In this document: positions 12,172 through 26,057 of the stretch, piece after piece
Numbering within the stretch: position 1 is the stretch's first letter
Layout: the number at the start of each line of letters is the position of its first letter
Source of the DNA: Alloascoidea hylecoeti
Lineage: Eukaryota
DNA: 64,000 nt
Assembly: GCA_001600815.1 (NCBI GenBank)
Contig: BCKZ01000003.1
Span: 1 to 64,000 of the forward strand
Direction of reading: 5' to 3'
Made by a program: the position numbers and the translations under genes
Notes under the pieces: model-generated
Database searches by the model: none
Seen by the model: the letters and a program-made list of their open reading frames with translations, nothing else
Told to the model about the DNA's origin: nothing

Positions 12172-15100
12172 AAGATGTTGGTTTATGAGTAATTCTCATG
12201 ATCTTGAATATGAATGATATTTGTTTCTAAGTTTTCCGTTCTCCGTTTTTTGAAACACTTCAAGCTCAAGTTTAATACAGAACAAGAAATATGTTGGGAA
12301 AATTCATTTGATGTGGCATCACTAACTATTTATCATACTTAAAGTTTGTTTTCCCTCTTTTCGGTATTTTATGTTTGTTTTTTTGGTGGGTTTCTTTTGT
12401 CTTCGACTTGTTTAATTGTTTTATTTATATATCATGTATTATTGTTATTTTCTATAATTGATTAGTTACTTGCATCAAAACACTTGTTTCTACGTTTTTT
12501 TATTTTATATTCTTTTCTTATAATGAGGTTTTTTTTAGGACAAAGCATATATATAGATTGTGTAAGAATATAATAAAATATATAATATGAGCCGCTATTT
12601 CCCATGGGAGGTCTTTGATGGTATATGATCACCTTATTATTTGTAAACCCCTTCATTCCTTTTGCAGGCCGATCAGCTTCGCTGGAATAAAAATGTTTCT
12701 TTTCCTGATAGATGGGCTTGATTTTGTTGAAGGCTAGATATTGACCCAATCATCTGAAAACACAATCGTTAGTTGTGGGAGTGTCCGATAATCAGTAATC
12801 AGAATGTCCGAAATTAACTGAAATAACTGTATATTATAATTATGCCTGATGTTAAAATAATTAACCGGTGTTACAATGCGCTATAGTATTGGTTCATGGT
12901 TGAAGTATTTTTGGGAATATTCACAATTGTACGGATGTTCCGGTACGCAAAAAAATGATCACTCTAGCCGCTTTCTTTTCTGCCCATCATAGTTGTTGGT
13001 GGTATTGGTAAGATAAAGAAGTTGAGTGTGGCGTGGGAGAATAGGAATGAGTCTGATGGCAGGAAGAGTCTACTAGAATGAGAGTATTGAGAGAGGGAAG
13101 ACTATCCAATTAGATTTGTTAGGAAATATATTAATTTAGTGTATGGACATGAGGCCTACTTTTTATAGTCTCATTACTCTTCTTAGGGAAGTCAAGTCTC
13201 CGCTCTCAGTGATAATGCATCTTCCTCAACAGTATGTAATATATGCATAGTATATACCCTATGAGGTATGTACAGAAAAGCAATTTCCTTTGTTGGAGTT
13301 GTGCGACATTCTTCAAGCATTTTTCTGTAAATACATTTTTTGGGCACAGCTCCTGCTTGCCATTTGTGTTTCCAAATTCAGTAGTTGAAGTAGAGGTTGT
13401 TTGGCCGAGGCTAGCGGTCCTGTGTATTGCATTACAGGATTGTCCAATGAGATTCCGATTCACCTCCTCAAATATTTCTTGAAGTTTATTCTTTCCGGTG
13501 TAATGTGTAATGGCTGGCTGGTTATGATAATATTGTTCTGGTGTCTTTAAACAACAAACGTGCATTTAATCTACCTCTGTAGAACTTAAGAGATATCGAT
13601 TATTTAATATTCACCTATTTATAGATTTTGGTACTTATCGATCCCGAAAGATTGATCACTCAACTGAAATTATATTTATAGCTATATGAAGCTCTAAACT
13701 ACATATGTTAAGTCGTATCATAGACTACGACTAAAAGTCCTAATAACATATAAGGCTTATATTATCACACATATATATTTTACATGTTCTAAGTTAAGCT
13801 TATAGTTATAATACAATACACCGAATGTTTATCTCGATATTGACATAGTCTACACCCATATTTGAGTCTCGTATACGACAACTGCAGTGTGACGAAGTCG
13901 CAGTTTAACTTCTTTTACTAATATCTTAGTTCCTTATTATGATAAACCGCTTAATGTGGTTTTAAGATTGGTTTCTCTTGGGTAGAAATATATTTTCAAG
14001 AGCTAGAGGCTATGGATCTTTACGAGAGAGCCCCATAAATATCTTCAATAACTAAAGTAGCTTGTCTCAAATGACGAAAAATATTGTTTTATCAGTTAAT
14101 GGCTCATGATCATCATTTCTGAACACTAGTATTTAATTGTTCGAGAAGAAAATGTCAATTTCAGATTCTCTTTTTGAATAACCATTTGTAAGAATGATTT
14201 TATTGACGATTATTCACCGCATATTGTTTCTATCTGATTGATATCACACATTAAATATTTTAAGTCTACGAAATGTAATTGAAACTCAAAATCGAGGATT
14301 ATTTCCCCATTAGTTAGTTGAGGGGGGAGTGTAGAGAAAGGGCACTAGTAAAGGTCCACTATGATATATTTCACGCGGCCCCTTACTTTCCACATGTCAA
14401 TTCTGTTGAATAGCTCTGCATCTATGCAACTTCTTGAAGAGAAAGTGTTGAAACACCACGAGACGTAATTTTTTGAGAATATGATAACTATAGATCAACT
14501 CCTCAATTACACAATTAATCCCCACAAATTGCCTAATAATATTCGAGCAATATGTTGGAAGGAAGCTAAATTAAAGTAAACGTGGAGTGTTAAGTTGGAC
14601 TAAAACTCACAGCGCTAACTAATTCCTATCCAAATCACTCGGGTAATTGCTAAATAAGATAAATGAAATCGCGAAATGGAGGAATGATGAAGCATCAATT
14701 TATTGTCCCACAAATCACCACAATATAAATAATTAATTTCGTCACTAAATAATGTACCCAGTACAGAACTATTTTAATTAATTACACAGAATTGTCGATG
14801 GATCTTCAAGCATTCCGCAACAATAGATAAAAGATGTTAGCTATTCGAGTATAGCGGCAATAAAACAAAGAAATACGTAATTGTATGTGGAGCTAGTGGA
14901 GGGCGAGATCTAGACCAACGACAATTGATAGCAGGAAAAGCTGCAGGAGAGAAAGGGTGGTGTGTACGGCTGCAGTACGGCTGACCACACGGGGTGCTGA
15001 TTGGCCAGAAGTGCGGCTGGCTGGCGCGGGAGAGAGGTTGTCTCGGTGATCTGCAGCGCACCAAGCCTCAACAGGCAAGCACCAGGTTGCCGCATGCAAG

Positions 15101-15184
15101 CGATCGCGAACGGCTGTTTTCGTTCATCTTCAGCTCCAGCTTCTCAGCTTCACTCCTTTCTCCCTCCAATTCTGCTGATTATCG

Positions 15185-16204
15185 ATGGATCTGCCGAGAA
15201 TCAGCGCCTTAGGCTTGAACCAGCAGCAGCTCCCGGCTGGGGGGTCCATCCCGGCGATCCCGGCTGGCCAGACCGTACAACCCGTCTACTACGTGCCTTA
15301 CTTCATCTATTCTCCTGTTTACCAACCTGTTCAGCCACAGATGCTGCCCGAGGCTCCGAACCAGAGCCTGAAGACGGGGGCTCTAGACTCCCACCACCAA
15401 GCTGGCAGCCCCAGACCGCACTCCGTTGACTCGCTGCTAATACCGGTGGACTCCCCCAGCCCCCAAGGAATCTCCCGCAGAATTAGTATCGCAAATCTTA
15501 CAAATCCCGACCAACCCAGATATAATGCCGCCCCATCAAAGACTCTCCCCTCACTATCCTCGATCCTACGCGCAAATACATCTCCCAATCGCATTGCAAA
15601 GCCCATTCACACAATTGCCCATTCTGACTCCCACCTCCATGATATCAACACTCAAGATCCGTCTCATTTTGCCATCCTGAACCTAAACCCTAAACCCCAG
15701 TCGAGGAAGGGCCATTCTTGCAATATCTGTGGGAGGTCTTTCACCCGTCCCAACGATTTATTCAGACACGCCAAATCCCATTGGAAGGAAACAGGTGACC
15801 ATGGTGCTTTCTGTTGTCCTTTTAACATTAGAGCTGCCAAGAGAATCCCCATACACGCTAGAAATAGTAGGTCGCCTTCTCCTTCTTCTCTTCATTATAG
15901 ACCGAAGGCCCCCGGTAGGAGAACTACCGAATATTACGATGAAATACAGAAAAGAAATTACCCTAGTGATGTCTACCCTGGTGATATTTTGGAATGCCAC
16001 CCAAGCGGCTTCTTTTCTCGTTGTGATACCTATAAAAATCACTTACGCGCACTACATTTTCAATACCCGGTTGGTACAAAGAAAAAGGATAGACACTTTG
16101 TATCTGGGAGCTGTAAAATGTGTGGCAAATGGTTTGAGACTGTTGATGAGTGGATTTTAAAGCACATTGAAACAGGTTCTTGTGATCGAGCTTTAATTAT
16201 CTGA
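15185..16204 (+). CDS. C2H2 zinc-finger transcription factor, Stp1-4 family
   Basis: CNICGRSFTRPNDLFRHAKSH, then CHPSGFFSRCDTYKNHLRALHFQYP..TKKKDR..G.CKMCG, the pattern typical of Stp proteins. Confidence 0.85.
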   Translation: MDLPRISALGLNQQQLPAGGSIPAIPAGQTVQPVYYVPYFIYSPVYQPVQPQMLPEAPNQSLKTGALDSHHQAGSPRPHSVDSLLIPVDSPSPQGISRRISIANLTNPDQPRYNAAPSKTLPSLSSILRANTSPNRIAKPIHTIAHSDSHLHDINTQDPSHFAILNLNPKPQSRKGHSCNICGRSFTRPNDLFRHAKSHWKETGDHGAFCCPFNIRAAKRIPIHARNSRSPSPSSLHYRPKAPGRRTTEYYDEIQKRNYPSDVYPGDILECHPSGFFSRCDTYKNHLRALHFQYPVGTKKKDRHFVSGSCKMCGKWFETVDEWILKHIETGSCDRALII

Positions 16205-16874
16205 TAATATATCAAGATTAGGTTTTAGGTGTTTTGAGATGATTCTATATTATTGTTGTTATTGTTATTGTTATTGTTATTGTTAAAAGGCATTGCTTAT
16301 TTAATTGAGTTATTCATTAAGTTTTGTATTTTATTGCTATTTTCTTATACATTTTTGTTAGTTATATAAATTTATATATCATCCGTATATCGTGTGAACT
16401 GTTTTGTTGATGAATATAGTGGGCCAATTATCTCTTCTATCAGCGCACCGAATATCCTCATTCAGCACACCAATTAACATAGACATTATTTCACACTGTT
16501 TTCACTATAGGTCGTTATAGCTTTAACTACATCTAAAGCAATTTCTTCTTTCAACATTTTTAGTTTTGCAACACCAAGTATTTCTGCTTCTTCTACAGAA
16601 ACTATGTTATCTTCTAAAGATTTCTGATTGAAAGGATAAATGCACTAATATAGTAAGCGATGTTAGCATTAGTTATTGGAGCAAATTTAAAGTCGCCTTA
16701 ATTACGAGCTTAAGCTTACCTCCGTATCAGTACACATTACAAGAGCATACGAGTTCTGAATTAAGCATTTCTGAAGTAGTTTACCACATACTGGGCAGCT
16801 ATTTTTCATTGTCCGATTTACTCAAAATTAAAAATTTAGAAGTGTGTGATGTGTGTGCCGATAAAGGCAGTAAT

Positions 16875-16910
16875 GATGAGTCGAGCTTTAACATCACCTA
16901 AATTTTTTCA
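16875..16910. promoter_or_regulatory. PAC (GATGAG) and RRPE (TGAAAAAATTT, minus strand) motifs upstream of RIA1
   Basis: GATGAG at 16875-16880 and AAATTTTTTCA at 16900-16910, ~90-120 bp before a ribosome-biogenesis gene. Confidence 0.6.
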
Positions 16911-16995
16911 CTACAGCCCTACAACTACTTGTAAAATATAAAATTACAAATATATCGGCCACAATTGTAAACAATTACAATCAAAATTAGAAGAA

Positions 16996-19900
16996 ATGAG
17001 AGTGAGACCTGAAACATTAACAAAACTTCAATCAGACCCAAAATCTGTACGAAACATTTGCATCCTCGCTCACGTTGATCATGGAAAAACGTCACTATCT
17101 GATGGTCTTCTTGCAAGTAATGGAATCATATCCCAAAAACTAGCAGGAAAAGTTAGATATCTAGATTCAAGACCAGATGAACAATTACGTGGTATTACAA
17201 TGGAATCAAGTGCAATATCATTGTACTTTAGAGTCCTACATAAACAACAAAATGCTCCTGATATAGTTGATGAACATCTTATTAATTTAATCGACTCCCC
17301 AGGACATATTGATTTTTCTTCTGAAGTTTCAACTGCTTCAAGATTATGTGACGGTGCTGTGGTACTAGTTGATGTCGTTGAAGGTGTCTGCTCACAAACA
17401 GTTACTGTATTAAGACAAGCCTGGATTGAAAAAATCACTCCAATATTGGTACTAAATAAAATTGACCGGCTTTATAATGAATTGAAACTTACTCCTTATG
17501 AAGCATATATACATTTATCAAAAACTATTGAACAAGTCAATTCAGTATTAGGTTCCTTTTTCGCTGGTCAAAGAATGGAAGATGATCTTTTATGGAGAGA
17601 ATTACGTGAAAAAGGTGATGAAAATGCATTTCAAGAAAGAGATGATGAAGATATTTATTTCTCACCTGAAAAGAATAATGTTATTTTCGCAAGCGCTTAT
17701 GATGGTTGGGGATTTTCAATTTCACAATTTGCTTCATTTTATGAAAAAAAATTAGGTATGAAAAGAGAAATATTACAAAAAGTTTTATGGGGAAATTATT
17801 ATTATGATCATAAAAATAAAAAAGTATTAACTAGTAAAAATTTAAAAAAAAGAAATCTTAAAATAATATTTGTTCAATTTATACTTGAAAATATATGGAA
17901 AATTTATGAACATTGTTTAACTGAAAAAAATATTGAAAAACTAGAAATGGTTGTTAAAACATTAAATTTACGTGTTACTCCTAGGGAACTTAAATCTAAA
18001 GACAATAGAGCTCTACTAACTACAATTTTTGGACAATGGTTACCTGTTTCTACTGCAGTATTATTAACAATTGTCCAAAAACTCCCCTCACCATTAGTTG
18101 CACAAAAAGAACGAATTCCTGTTATTCTAAATTCAGCACCTGGTTCCGATAAGTTAGATGAAACCTTAAAGAAAGCTATGATAGAATGTGATAAATCTGG
18201 TCCTACGGCTGCCTATGTATCTAAAATGGTATCTGTTCCAGAATCTGAATTACCGAAGATACAACAATCTGATGCTTTAACACATGAAGATATTCTAGAA
18301 CGAAGTCGAAAGGTTAGAGAAGCTGCTAGGAAAGCAGCTGAAAAGGAAAAACAATTAAAAGAAGAAGAAGAAAAAAAAGATGGACAGTCAAATACTTATA
18401 ATCCTTTCGCAGAATATTATGAAAATAATGAAAGTGACGATGATGATAATGATGAACCCGAAGAAGAAGAAGAGATTGAAAAAGAGGCATTAATTGGTTT
18501 TGCACGTATCTATAGTGGGACGCTATCTGTCGGCCAGGAACTTACCGTTTTAGGTCCTAAATATGATCCAACAAAACCAAATGAACACATTTCTAGAGTT
18601 ACACTTACCGATTTGTATCTCATGATGGGTAGGGAATTAGTTCCACTAGAACACGTACCAGCCGGCAATATTGTTGGTATTGGAGGATTGGCTGGAAAGA
18701 TTCTTAAGAACGGAACACTAGTATCTGTTGGATATACAGGTGTTAATTTAGCAGGTCTTGCCCTGACTTCTCCCCCAATTGTTCGTGTTGCTTTAGAGCC
18801 AGTGAACCCAACCCAAATGAATAGATTAGAAAAAGGTTTGGAAATGTTGAATCAATCTGATCCTTGCGTTCAAACATTTTTACAAGACACTGGTGAGCAT
18901 ATTTTACTGGCAGCTGGGGAATTACATTTAGAAAGATGTCTAAAAGATTTAAGAGAAAGATTTGCAAAAATTGAAATTCAATCTTCTGAACCTGTTATTC
19001 CATATAGAGAAACTATTGTTAATGCTTCTGAGATGAATCCACCAAAGAATTCAGAACTTGGTAGGGGAATAGTCGAAGTTACAGTTGGTAAATTTGTGAT
19101 TAAGTTTGGTATTAATCCATTACCCAATGATGTTTCTGCTTATTTGATTGAAAATCAATCTACTATAGCAAAAATCACTAAACTCCGTTCTAATAAAAAT
19201 ATCGAAGAAACTTTTGAGATTGAAAATGATGTAGGAACATTAGATAATGAAGGAGCTGGATCGAATCCAACTATAAATACAAAATTATTTAAAACCCAAT
19301 TATCGGAATTATTTTCAAAAAATTCTCAAAAGAATGAGATTTGGGGAGAAAATATCACAGATCGAATTTCCAAATTTGGATCAAAAGCAGTTGGTCCTAA
19401 TATCTTATTTGATTCGTCAATAAAATTCCTGCACAGAATTTTCGATCATCAAACAGAGGTTGGATCTAAGCATCCTCTTGCTTCTTATGAATCTAGTATA
19501 CAACAAGGGTTTCAACTAGCAACTTTGGAAGGCCCTTTAGCTCATGAGCCAATGCAAGGAGTGGCTGTATTTTTGTTGTCAATTACTTCTAAGGATGGTG
19601 ATAATGTCGATACCGAACTGCCGCCTAATATTTCTGGAAGGCTTATTACAGAGACTCGTAATGCCATTTATAATGGATTCAAAGATTGGTCACCTAGAAT
19701 CATGCTTGCCATGTATAGTTGCGATATTCAAACATACACCGAAGCATTAGGTAAGGTGTATGCTGTTGTTACAAGAAGAAGAGGTAAAATTGTGTCAGAG
19801 GAAATGAAAGAAGGAACTCCATTCTTTGCTGTCGAAGCTAGGATACCGGTTGTGGAAGCCTTTGGTTTTGCTGAAGATATTAGGAAAAAAACCTCAGGAG

Positions 19901-20181
19901 CTGCTAGTCCTCAATTAATTTTCGCAGGATTTGAAATTGTGGATGAAGATCCGTTTTGGGTCCCAACAACAGAAGAGGAGTTAGAGAAATTAGGAGAATT
20001 TGCAGAAAGAGAAAATATTGCTAGAAAATATGTGGATGCTATTAGAAAGAGAAAAGTAAGTCATCATTTAATTTTATTCTTTTCTTTTAAAATGTTTACT
20101 AACAATTGATTTTAGGGTCTATCTGTGGAAGAGAAAGTTGTTGAAAATGCTGAAAAACAAAGAACTCTTAAAAGGAATTAA
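16996..20181 (+). CDS. RIA1: EF-2-like ribosome biogenesis GTPase; join(16996..20055,20116..20181)
   Basis: AHVDHGKT, DSPGH and NKID motifs plus EDPFWVPTTEEE. Intron GTAAGT..TACTAAC..TAG; the last exon reads GLSVEEKVVENAEKQRTLKRN*. Confidence 0.95.
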
Positions 20182-20860
20182 TGAAGTTAAAATTTAAAAC
20201 AGACATATTTGTTTATTTGTATAATTAGAAATCTCATCTCATAGATTTATTAAAGAAGTGCTAAAGTTTATAGTTTAACATGTTGAGCTTCCGATCAATA
20301 TTACCCTAGGTTATAAGATCTTATCATATAAGAGCAATCCAAGAATGAATATATTCGTAACGGAATAAGAATATGTATCAAAAAATGTCGGTAATAAAGC
20401 AGATAGTTCTAGCATCCGTATAAACTTGTATAAATTTTAAAGTCATTAAATTATATTGATCCCGAAATAATTGGACGTGAAAGTTTAAAAGGGAACAACA
20501 ACTATCAAAAGTCACAATTATGTCTCATAACTCAACCAAAAATGATGAACTGTCTGAAACTTGTCTACTGTCACGACTTGTCACTTTTTCAGTTCAATCA
20601 AAAACCTGTTAATATTAAAGAATCCACTATTGAAGACCAAAAACTTGGTTATCTCTTTTCTTCCTTAAATATGTACACTAGCTAAAAATATAAACTACAA
20701 CTTCAAACTATATATAATCTATGCAATCCGTAAGTTTTGTAGATTTCTTCTGGGTTCTTGTTTCCCACGCGTAACCGTTCCACGTGATTTAATTTAATAG
20801 TTTTAGAATAACATTTTTCTGACGATTTATCAACACTATTTCAAATTGTGATGGTTAACA

Positions 20861-22243
20861 ATGTTAAATGCAACATTCTCTCGAGGTTTTTTTAAGTGCC
20901 AACCGCCATCTACTGTAAAGTTGCAAAGATTTCTCTACAAGAATATTAAACAGTATGGGTTAATGTTAAGGTATTATTCCACGCCTACTGTTCAAACAGT
21001 ACAGTCTATACCAGTAACCATTGGATTTCAAAGAAATATAACTTTGTCTCCAAAGACATCTAAATTTACTTCTCAAGCATGTTTTTTACATTCATCAAGA
21101 TTGGTACTCAATGAACTAGAATCTAATGTCGACTCTCAATTTGCCATAAAAGATGCTCCTGGATCTGGTATTGTTGTTCGTAATATCAATCTTCCAGGGT
21201 ATCAATCTACTTTAACAGAAGAACAATTCTTAGCCCCTTTTGCGCAAATTGATGAAGTTGTTGCTTTCAGCTTAGATACCATATCCAAAGGGTTTGGATT
21301 TATTTATTTCAAAAATCCAGAAAGCGCCGACAGAGCAATTGATACCTTAAATGGATCGGTTGTGGGTTCAAGGCCTTGTAATCTAAGACTCGCATTTAGA
21401 GAAAAGGGATATGATCAATCTTTCGAGGCCGAAACTATCTATGTAAAAGGAATCAAACCTGAATATTTAAATGATACAAAAGAATTGGGCAGAATTTTCG
21501 GAACATATGGTAATGTAAAATCTATTTTTACTCCCAATTCTCTCTCTGGTGGTCCAAATATTAATAGAACTTGCTTCGTTAAATATGATACAAAAGAAGA
21601 AGCAAGTGTTGCTTTAAAAGCTTTGGATAATCATATTTTTGATCGAAGGGTATTAACTGTACGATATTCCTTTGTAGATGTTTCTAGTTCTCTCCGTCCT
21701 GATGTATCAACACCATCCCTATGGATTGGAAATCTGAATTTTAATACCTCCAGTGAAGAAGTCGCAAGCTATTTAGAACAATTTGGTACCATTAAAGATA
21801 TTTCTATTCCCTCCAATGTTGATGGTTCAATTAGAGGCTACTGCTTTGTTACTTATGGATCTGTTGAAGAGGCAAAGAAAGCAAGTGTAGAATTGAGTGG
21901 TAATTTGTTCGAAGGAAGGCCTTTGACAGTAAGATCGCATGCCGAACATTCAACACGAAGATCTCCAAATGATCCATCCGGTGTCAAGGAGTTGAATACA
22001 AGAATACCAAAAATATATGTTGGAAACTTTTCCTATCATATGCCTCAGGGTGAGCTTTTGGAATTTTTTAAACAATTTGGAACAGTTGTGAGTATCAATA
22101 CTCCAATTGATAATGCCACTGGCTTATTAAGAGGGTTTTCCTTTGTTGAGTATGAAACTATTGAACAGGCATTGGAAGCAGTGAAGAGAATTGACAATGT
22201 TTATTATAAAGCAAGAGTATGGAGAGCAAGATTTCTACGTTAG
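20861..22243 (+). CDS. Four-RRM RNA-binding protein with a probable mitochondrial presequence
   Basis: RNP1-like motifs KGFGFIYF, RTCFVKY, RGYCFVTY and RGFSFVEY. The N-terminus is rich in R/K/S/L and poor in acidic residues. Confidence 0.85.
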   Translation: MLNATFSRGFFKCQPPSTVKLQRFLYKNIKQYGLMLRYYSTPTVQTVQSIPVTIGFQRNITLSPKTSKFTSQACFLHSSRLVLNELESNVDSQFAIKDAPGSGIVVRNINLPGYQSTLTEEQFLAPFAQIDEVVAFSLDTISKGFGFIYFKNPESADRAIDTLNGSVVGSRPCNLRLAFREKGYDQSFEAETIYVKGIKPEYLNDTKELGRIFGTYGNVKSIFTPNSLSGGPNINRTCFVKYDTKEEASVALKALDNHIFDRRVLTVRYSFVDVSSSLRPDVSTPSLWIGNLNFNTSSEEVASYLEQFGTIKDISIPSNVDGSIRGYCFVTYGSVEEAKKASVELSGNLFEGRPLTVRSHAEHSTRRSPNDPSGVKELNTRIPKIYVGNFSYHMPQGELLEFFKQFGTVVSINTPIDNATGLLRGFSFVEYETIEQALEAVKRIDNVYYKARVWRARFLR

Positions 22244-22528
22244 AATCAATTTTGCAAATGAATAGAGAAGCATTAATGTTAGTATACTCATATAGTATCA
22301 TTTTTGATTAGTATTTTATTACCGAATACACCCAATTCTTGGACTACAAGAAGATCACTATTTTTGTTAATAATACAGTTAATATAATTTTCGGTAAAAA
22401 TGGATTTTAAACTAGAATACACACGTGATAGATCAGTTCCAATTACATTGTAATTTGTACTTTGTGCTTATTGCTCTATTTTTGTAATTGATTTCAATGT
22501 CAACATAATAAATTCAAATAAACTTAGG

Positions 22529-23783
22529 ATGATGTTTATCGGGAGAAATAGTTATATTAAAAGACTATGCGAATTTCAAAGAACTACAGGAAGTGGTTTA
22601 GGGACCATAATATGTAGTCGATCCGCACACTCTGGAAGTATCCCACAATTACAGAAATATGCTTTATGTTGTCCTGGTATGAAATTTTGAATTCATTTTG
22701 ATCTTTTGATTATTTGAATAAGGGAACTCTAATAATCTAAATTTTTGTTGTTTAGGACAGGGTGTGCAGACTCCATTAATGGCTGTTTCGTTTTTAAAGG
22801 AGTTTCCTAAAACAGTGAAGCCAATATTAGAGGAGATGGACGAATCTCTTCAGGAATATCTATCCAAGTATTTGATTGGAGGAAATGTCGTCCTAGAGGA
22901 TATAAATAATACATCAATTGCACAACCTGCAATTTTGACGATGGGATATATAATATCTGAGGTATTAAGAAGAGATTTTGGTGTTGATTTATTACAAAAC
23001 CAATCAGCGAAATATATTGTGGGTCATTCTTTAGGGGAATTTACTTCACTGACAATAGCTAAAAATTTGAGTTTTAAAGATGCTGTGTGGTTAGTTCGTC
23101 AAAGAGGGAAATTTATGGAAGAATCTACAAAAGAATATTATGATAGAACAAAAATGGAAACAGGTATGAAAGCGATTGTTTTAAGAACCCAAATATCCTC
23201 AGAATCTTCTTTTGATACATTTCTAAAACTTCTTCGTCAAAAATGTCAAGAGATATCGAAAAAAACAGATCAAGTTGTTTGCATCGGCAATGTAAATTCT
23301 AGGAATCAAGTAGTGTTATCGGGAGTAAATGATCTTATGAATTTAGTAGTAAAGGATGTGGCAACTGAATTGAATTGGAAAAGAGCACCAAAACTAATAA
23401 GATTAAATGTTTCGGGACCCTTTCATAGCACGGTTATGAAATCTGCTAGGGATTCCCTAGCTAGAATCCTTGAAGATGGTGATAGAATCAAGGTGAATTG
23501 GAACCATACTAATGTTAGAATAATATCGAATCTTGAAGCTAAGCCATTTACATCTAAGAAAGAATTGGTTACCAGTATGGCTGAAACAACAATTAATCCA
23601 GTTAATTGGTTGGGGTGTATAGAATACATTGAAAAAGATCCAGAGGTAAATCATTACATAGCACTTGGACCAGGAAATGTGAGTAAAAATTTGATTAAAA
23701 ATATCATCTCAATTGAAGATGTTGTTATGGACCTATCAAAGATTGAAGATTTTGAAAGTATCGCTAAAGCACTTTCACATTAA
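22529..23783 (+). CDS. MCT1: Mitochondrial malonyl-CoA:ACP transacylase; join(22529..22676,22756..23783)
   Basis: Splicing rebuilds the PGQG motif. Also AQPAI, GHSLGE active site and VSGPFHS. Confidence 0.9.
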
Positions 23784-25083
23784 CAATCTAATTATATAAC
23801 ATCACTTATCAATAAGTCTTGATATTAATATTGATTAACAATAAGTAAAAACCATTTATGATTAACCTAACTTTGATCTATTAATATATATAATTGCGAT
23901 TGATTATAAATATTTCCTATAAGACCTATATTTTAGATTTTAAAACATTCGAAATCAGTTCTGTTGATATCTGTAGTTAAACTGCAAAAATATTCCTGGA
24001 TATTTTAAAATTATAATATTAAATACAACAATTCCCGGTTAGATAATTTCAGAACAATATTAAATGCTAAGTCAACTTACGAGATCTCGCATCTTCCCAA
24101 AAAGTTCTTTAGAAGATAAGGGTAAATTAATGCATCTGAATGTTAAAAAGAAATGTGATTAGTTAGCTTTTTTGGTTATAATTATTGATTACTAAAACAC
24201 AATTAAAATCAATCTTAACGGTATATACAAAATTCACGAGACGATTAAATGTATATAATTCTAACTTGGAATGAAATATTACTTACTTTTTGTCACCTAA
24301 ACTTGATACTCGACAAATAAAACTTGATTTATCATTACTATTTAAAACATAATTAGTATTGGATTTGAATGCATATGAGATTCTACTATTTCGGGGTATA
24401 TTCGTAACTTACCCATCAATCAAGTACTTTGCTTTAGGTTCTTCAGCGACGAACTTTGTAATGAGCTGAGTGTCTTGTTTAGATTTTTCAACAGACATGA
24501 TTTGGGGAATAAGCAGCAAACAAGAACGCAGCTGCAGTTGTGGTTGAAATTACCCGGATGGTTTTTACAATATATTTCGAATATTATTATTATTATTATT
24601 ATTAGAATATATATATAAAATTAAACATATTTTAAATGTAAAAGTTGTTGTTTTCTAGATAATTATAAATTAATCCTACGTTAGTTTATTTTAACCATGT
24701 TTCTCTGGAATTTGAAGCCACAAGATAGTCTTTTTTTAATTTCATTGTTATGTATCCCAAAAAAGAAAATATCCAGTTTTCAACATATATAGGGTAAAAT
24801 AAAGTTCCCAATTTCATATCTCAACCATAAATTAAAAACCTCTTCACCGTGTTTCTCTTACCCTTTTTGTTTAGTTTCGGTGTTTTCTGTCTCACAAAAT
24901 ATTCCCCAGACCGTTATAGAATACTTAAAAGGAAAGCAGAATCAATCCTTTATCTTTCATTATCTTTATTTTGGATATCTATTTTATTATTTAGTTTATA
25001 TCGAAACTACTTTTCAGCTGTTTGACAGTGAACAAAAACAAACACAGAAACTACCGAACCGATACGCGTTTTATATAGTAATC

Positions 25084-26057
25084 ATGGCTGGAGCAAAGCT
25101 CTCTGATTATAGGAAACTGGAGAAGGTCGGTGAAGGTATGCAATTAACATTAATCTGCCACAATTGTGTATATATTAATTTAACAGCATTTTAGGAACTT
25201 ATGGCGTTGTTTACAAAGCGGAAGATAAAGCACATAATAATCGTACTGTTGCGTTAAAGAAAATCCGACTAGAAGCAGATGATGAAGGAGTCCCATCAAC
25301 TGCAATCCGCGAGATTTCGATATTAAAGGAAATGAAACATTTAAATATTGTTTCTCTTTATGATATTGTTTTATGTGATTATGATGCAACCGCCGATGCT
25401 GGACATAAACTATATCTTGTCTTTGAATTTCTTGATCTTGATTTGAAGAAATATATGGAAAATATTCCCAGAGATCAAGGTTTATCTAAAAGTATGGTCA
25501 AAAAGTTCACAAGCCAATTATTATCTGGTATTGAATATTGTCACTCTCGTCGCATAATTCATCGTGATTTAAAACCGCAAAATCTTTTAATTGATAAAGA
25601 AGGAAATTTAAAAGTAGCTGATTTTGGTCTCGCAAGAGCCTTTGGAGTTCCTCTACGTGCTTATACCCATGAAGTTGTTACATTATGGTATAGAGCACCA
25701 GAAGTATTACTTGGCGGTAAACAATATTCACTTGGGATAGATATGTGGTCAATTGGATGTATATTTGCTGAAATGGCAACAAGGAAACCTTTATTCGCTG
25801 GTGATTCTGAAATTGACCAAATCTTTAAGATATTTCAAACTCTGGGGACTCCGACCGAGGAATTTTGGCCAGGTGTTACTAGCTTACCTGATTTCAAAGA
25901 AAGTTTCCCCAAATGGCATGGGACTGGATTGGATAGTAAAATTGGTTCATGTCTAGATAAAGATGGAAAGCGATTATTGGTGCGATTATTGACTTACGAT
26001 CCAGTTTTAAGGCTTTCAGCACGGAAAGGGTTACAGGATCCTTACTTTAATAATTAA
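25084..26057 (+). CDS. CDC28: Cyclin-dependent kinase 1; join(25084..25135,25195..26057)
   Basis: [10 protein letters not shown] spans the splice junction. Also [18 protein letters not shown] and [14 protein letters not shown]. Confidence 0.97.

Noticed and set aside
12462..13565. Short minus-strand ORFs and an ACTAAC..TTTTCAG acceptor-like signal near 12755
   Set aside because: No matching donor was found, the downstream frames stop quickly, and there are no recognisable motifs.
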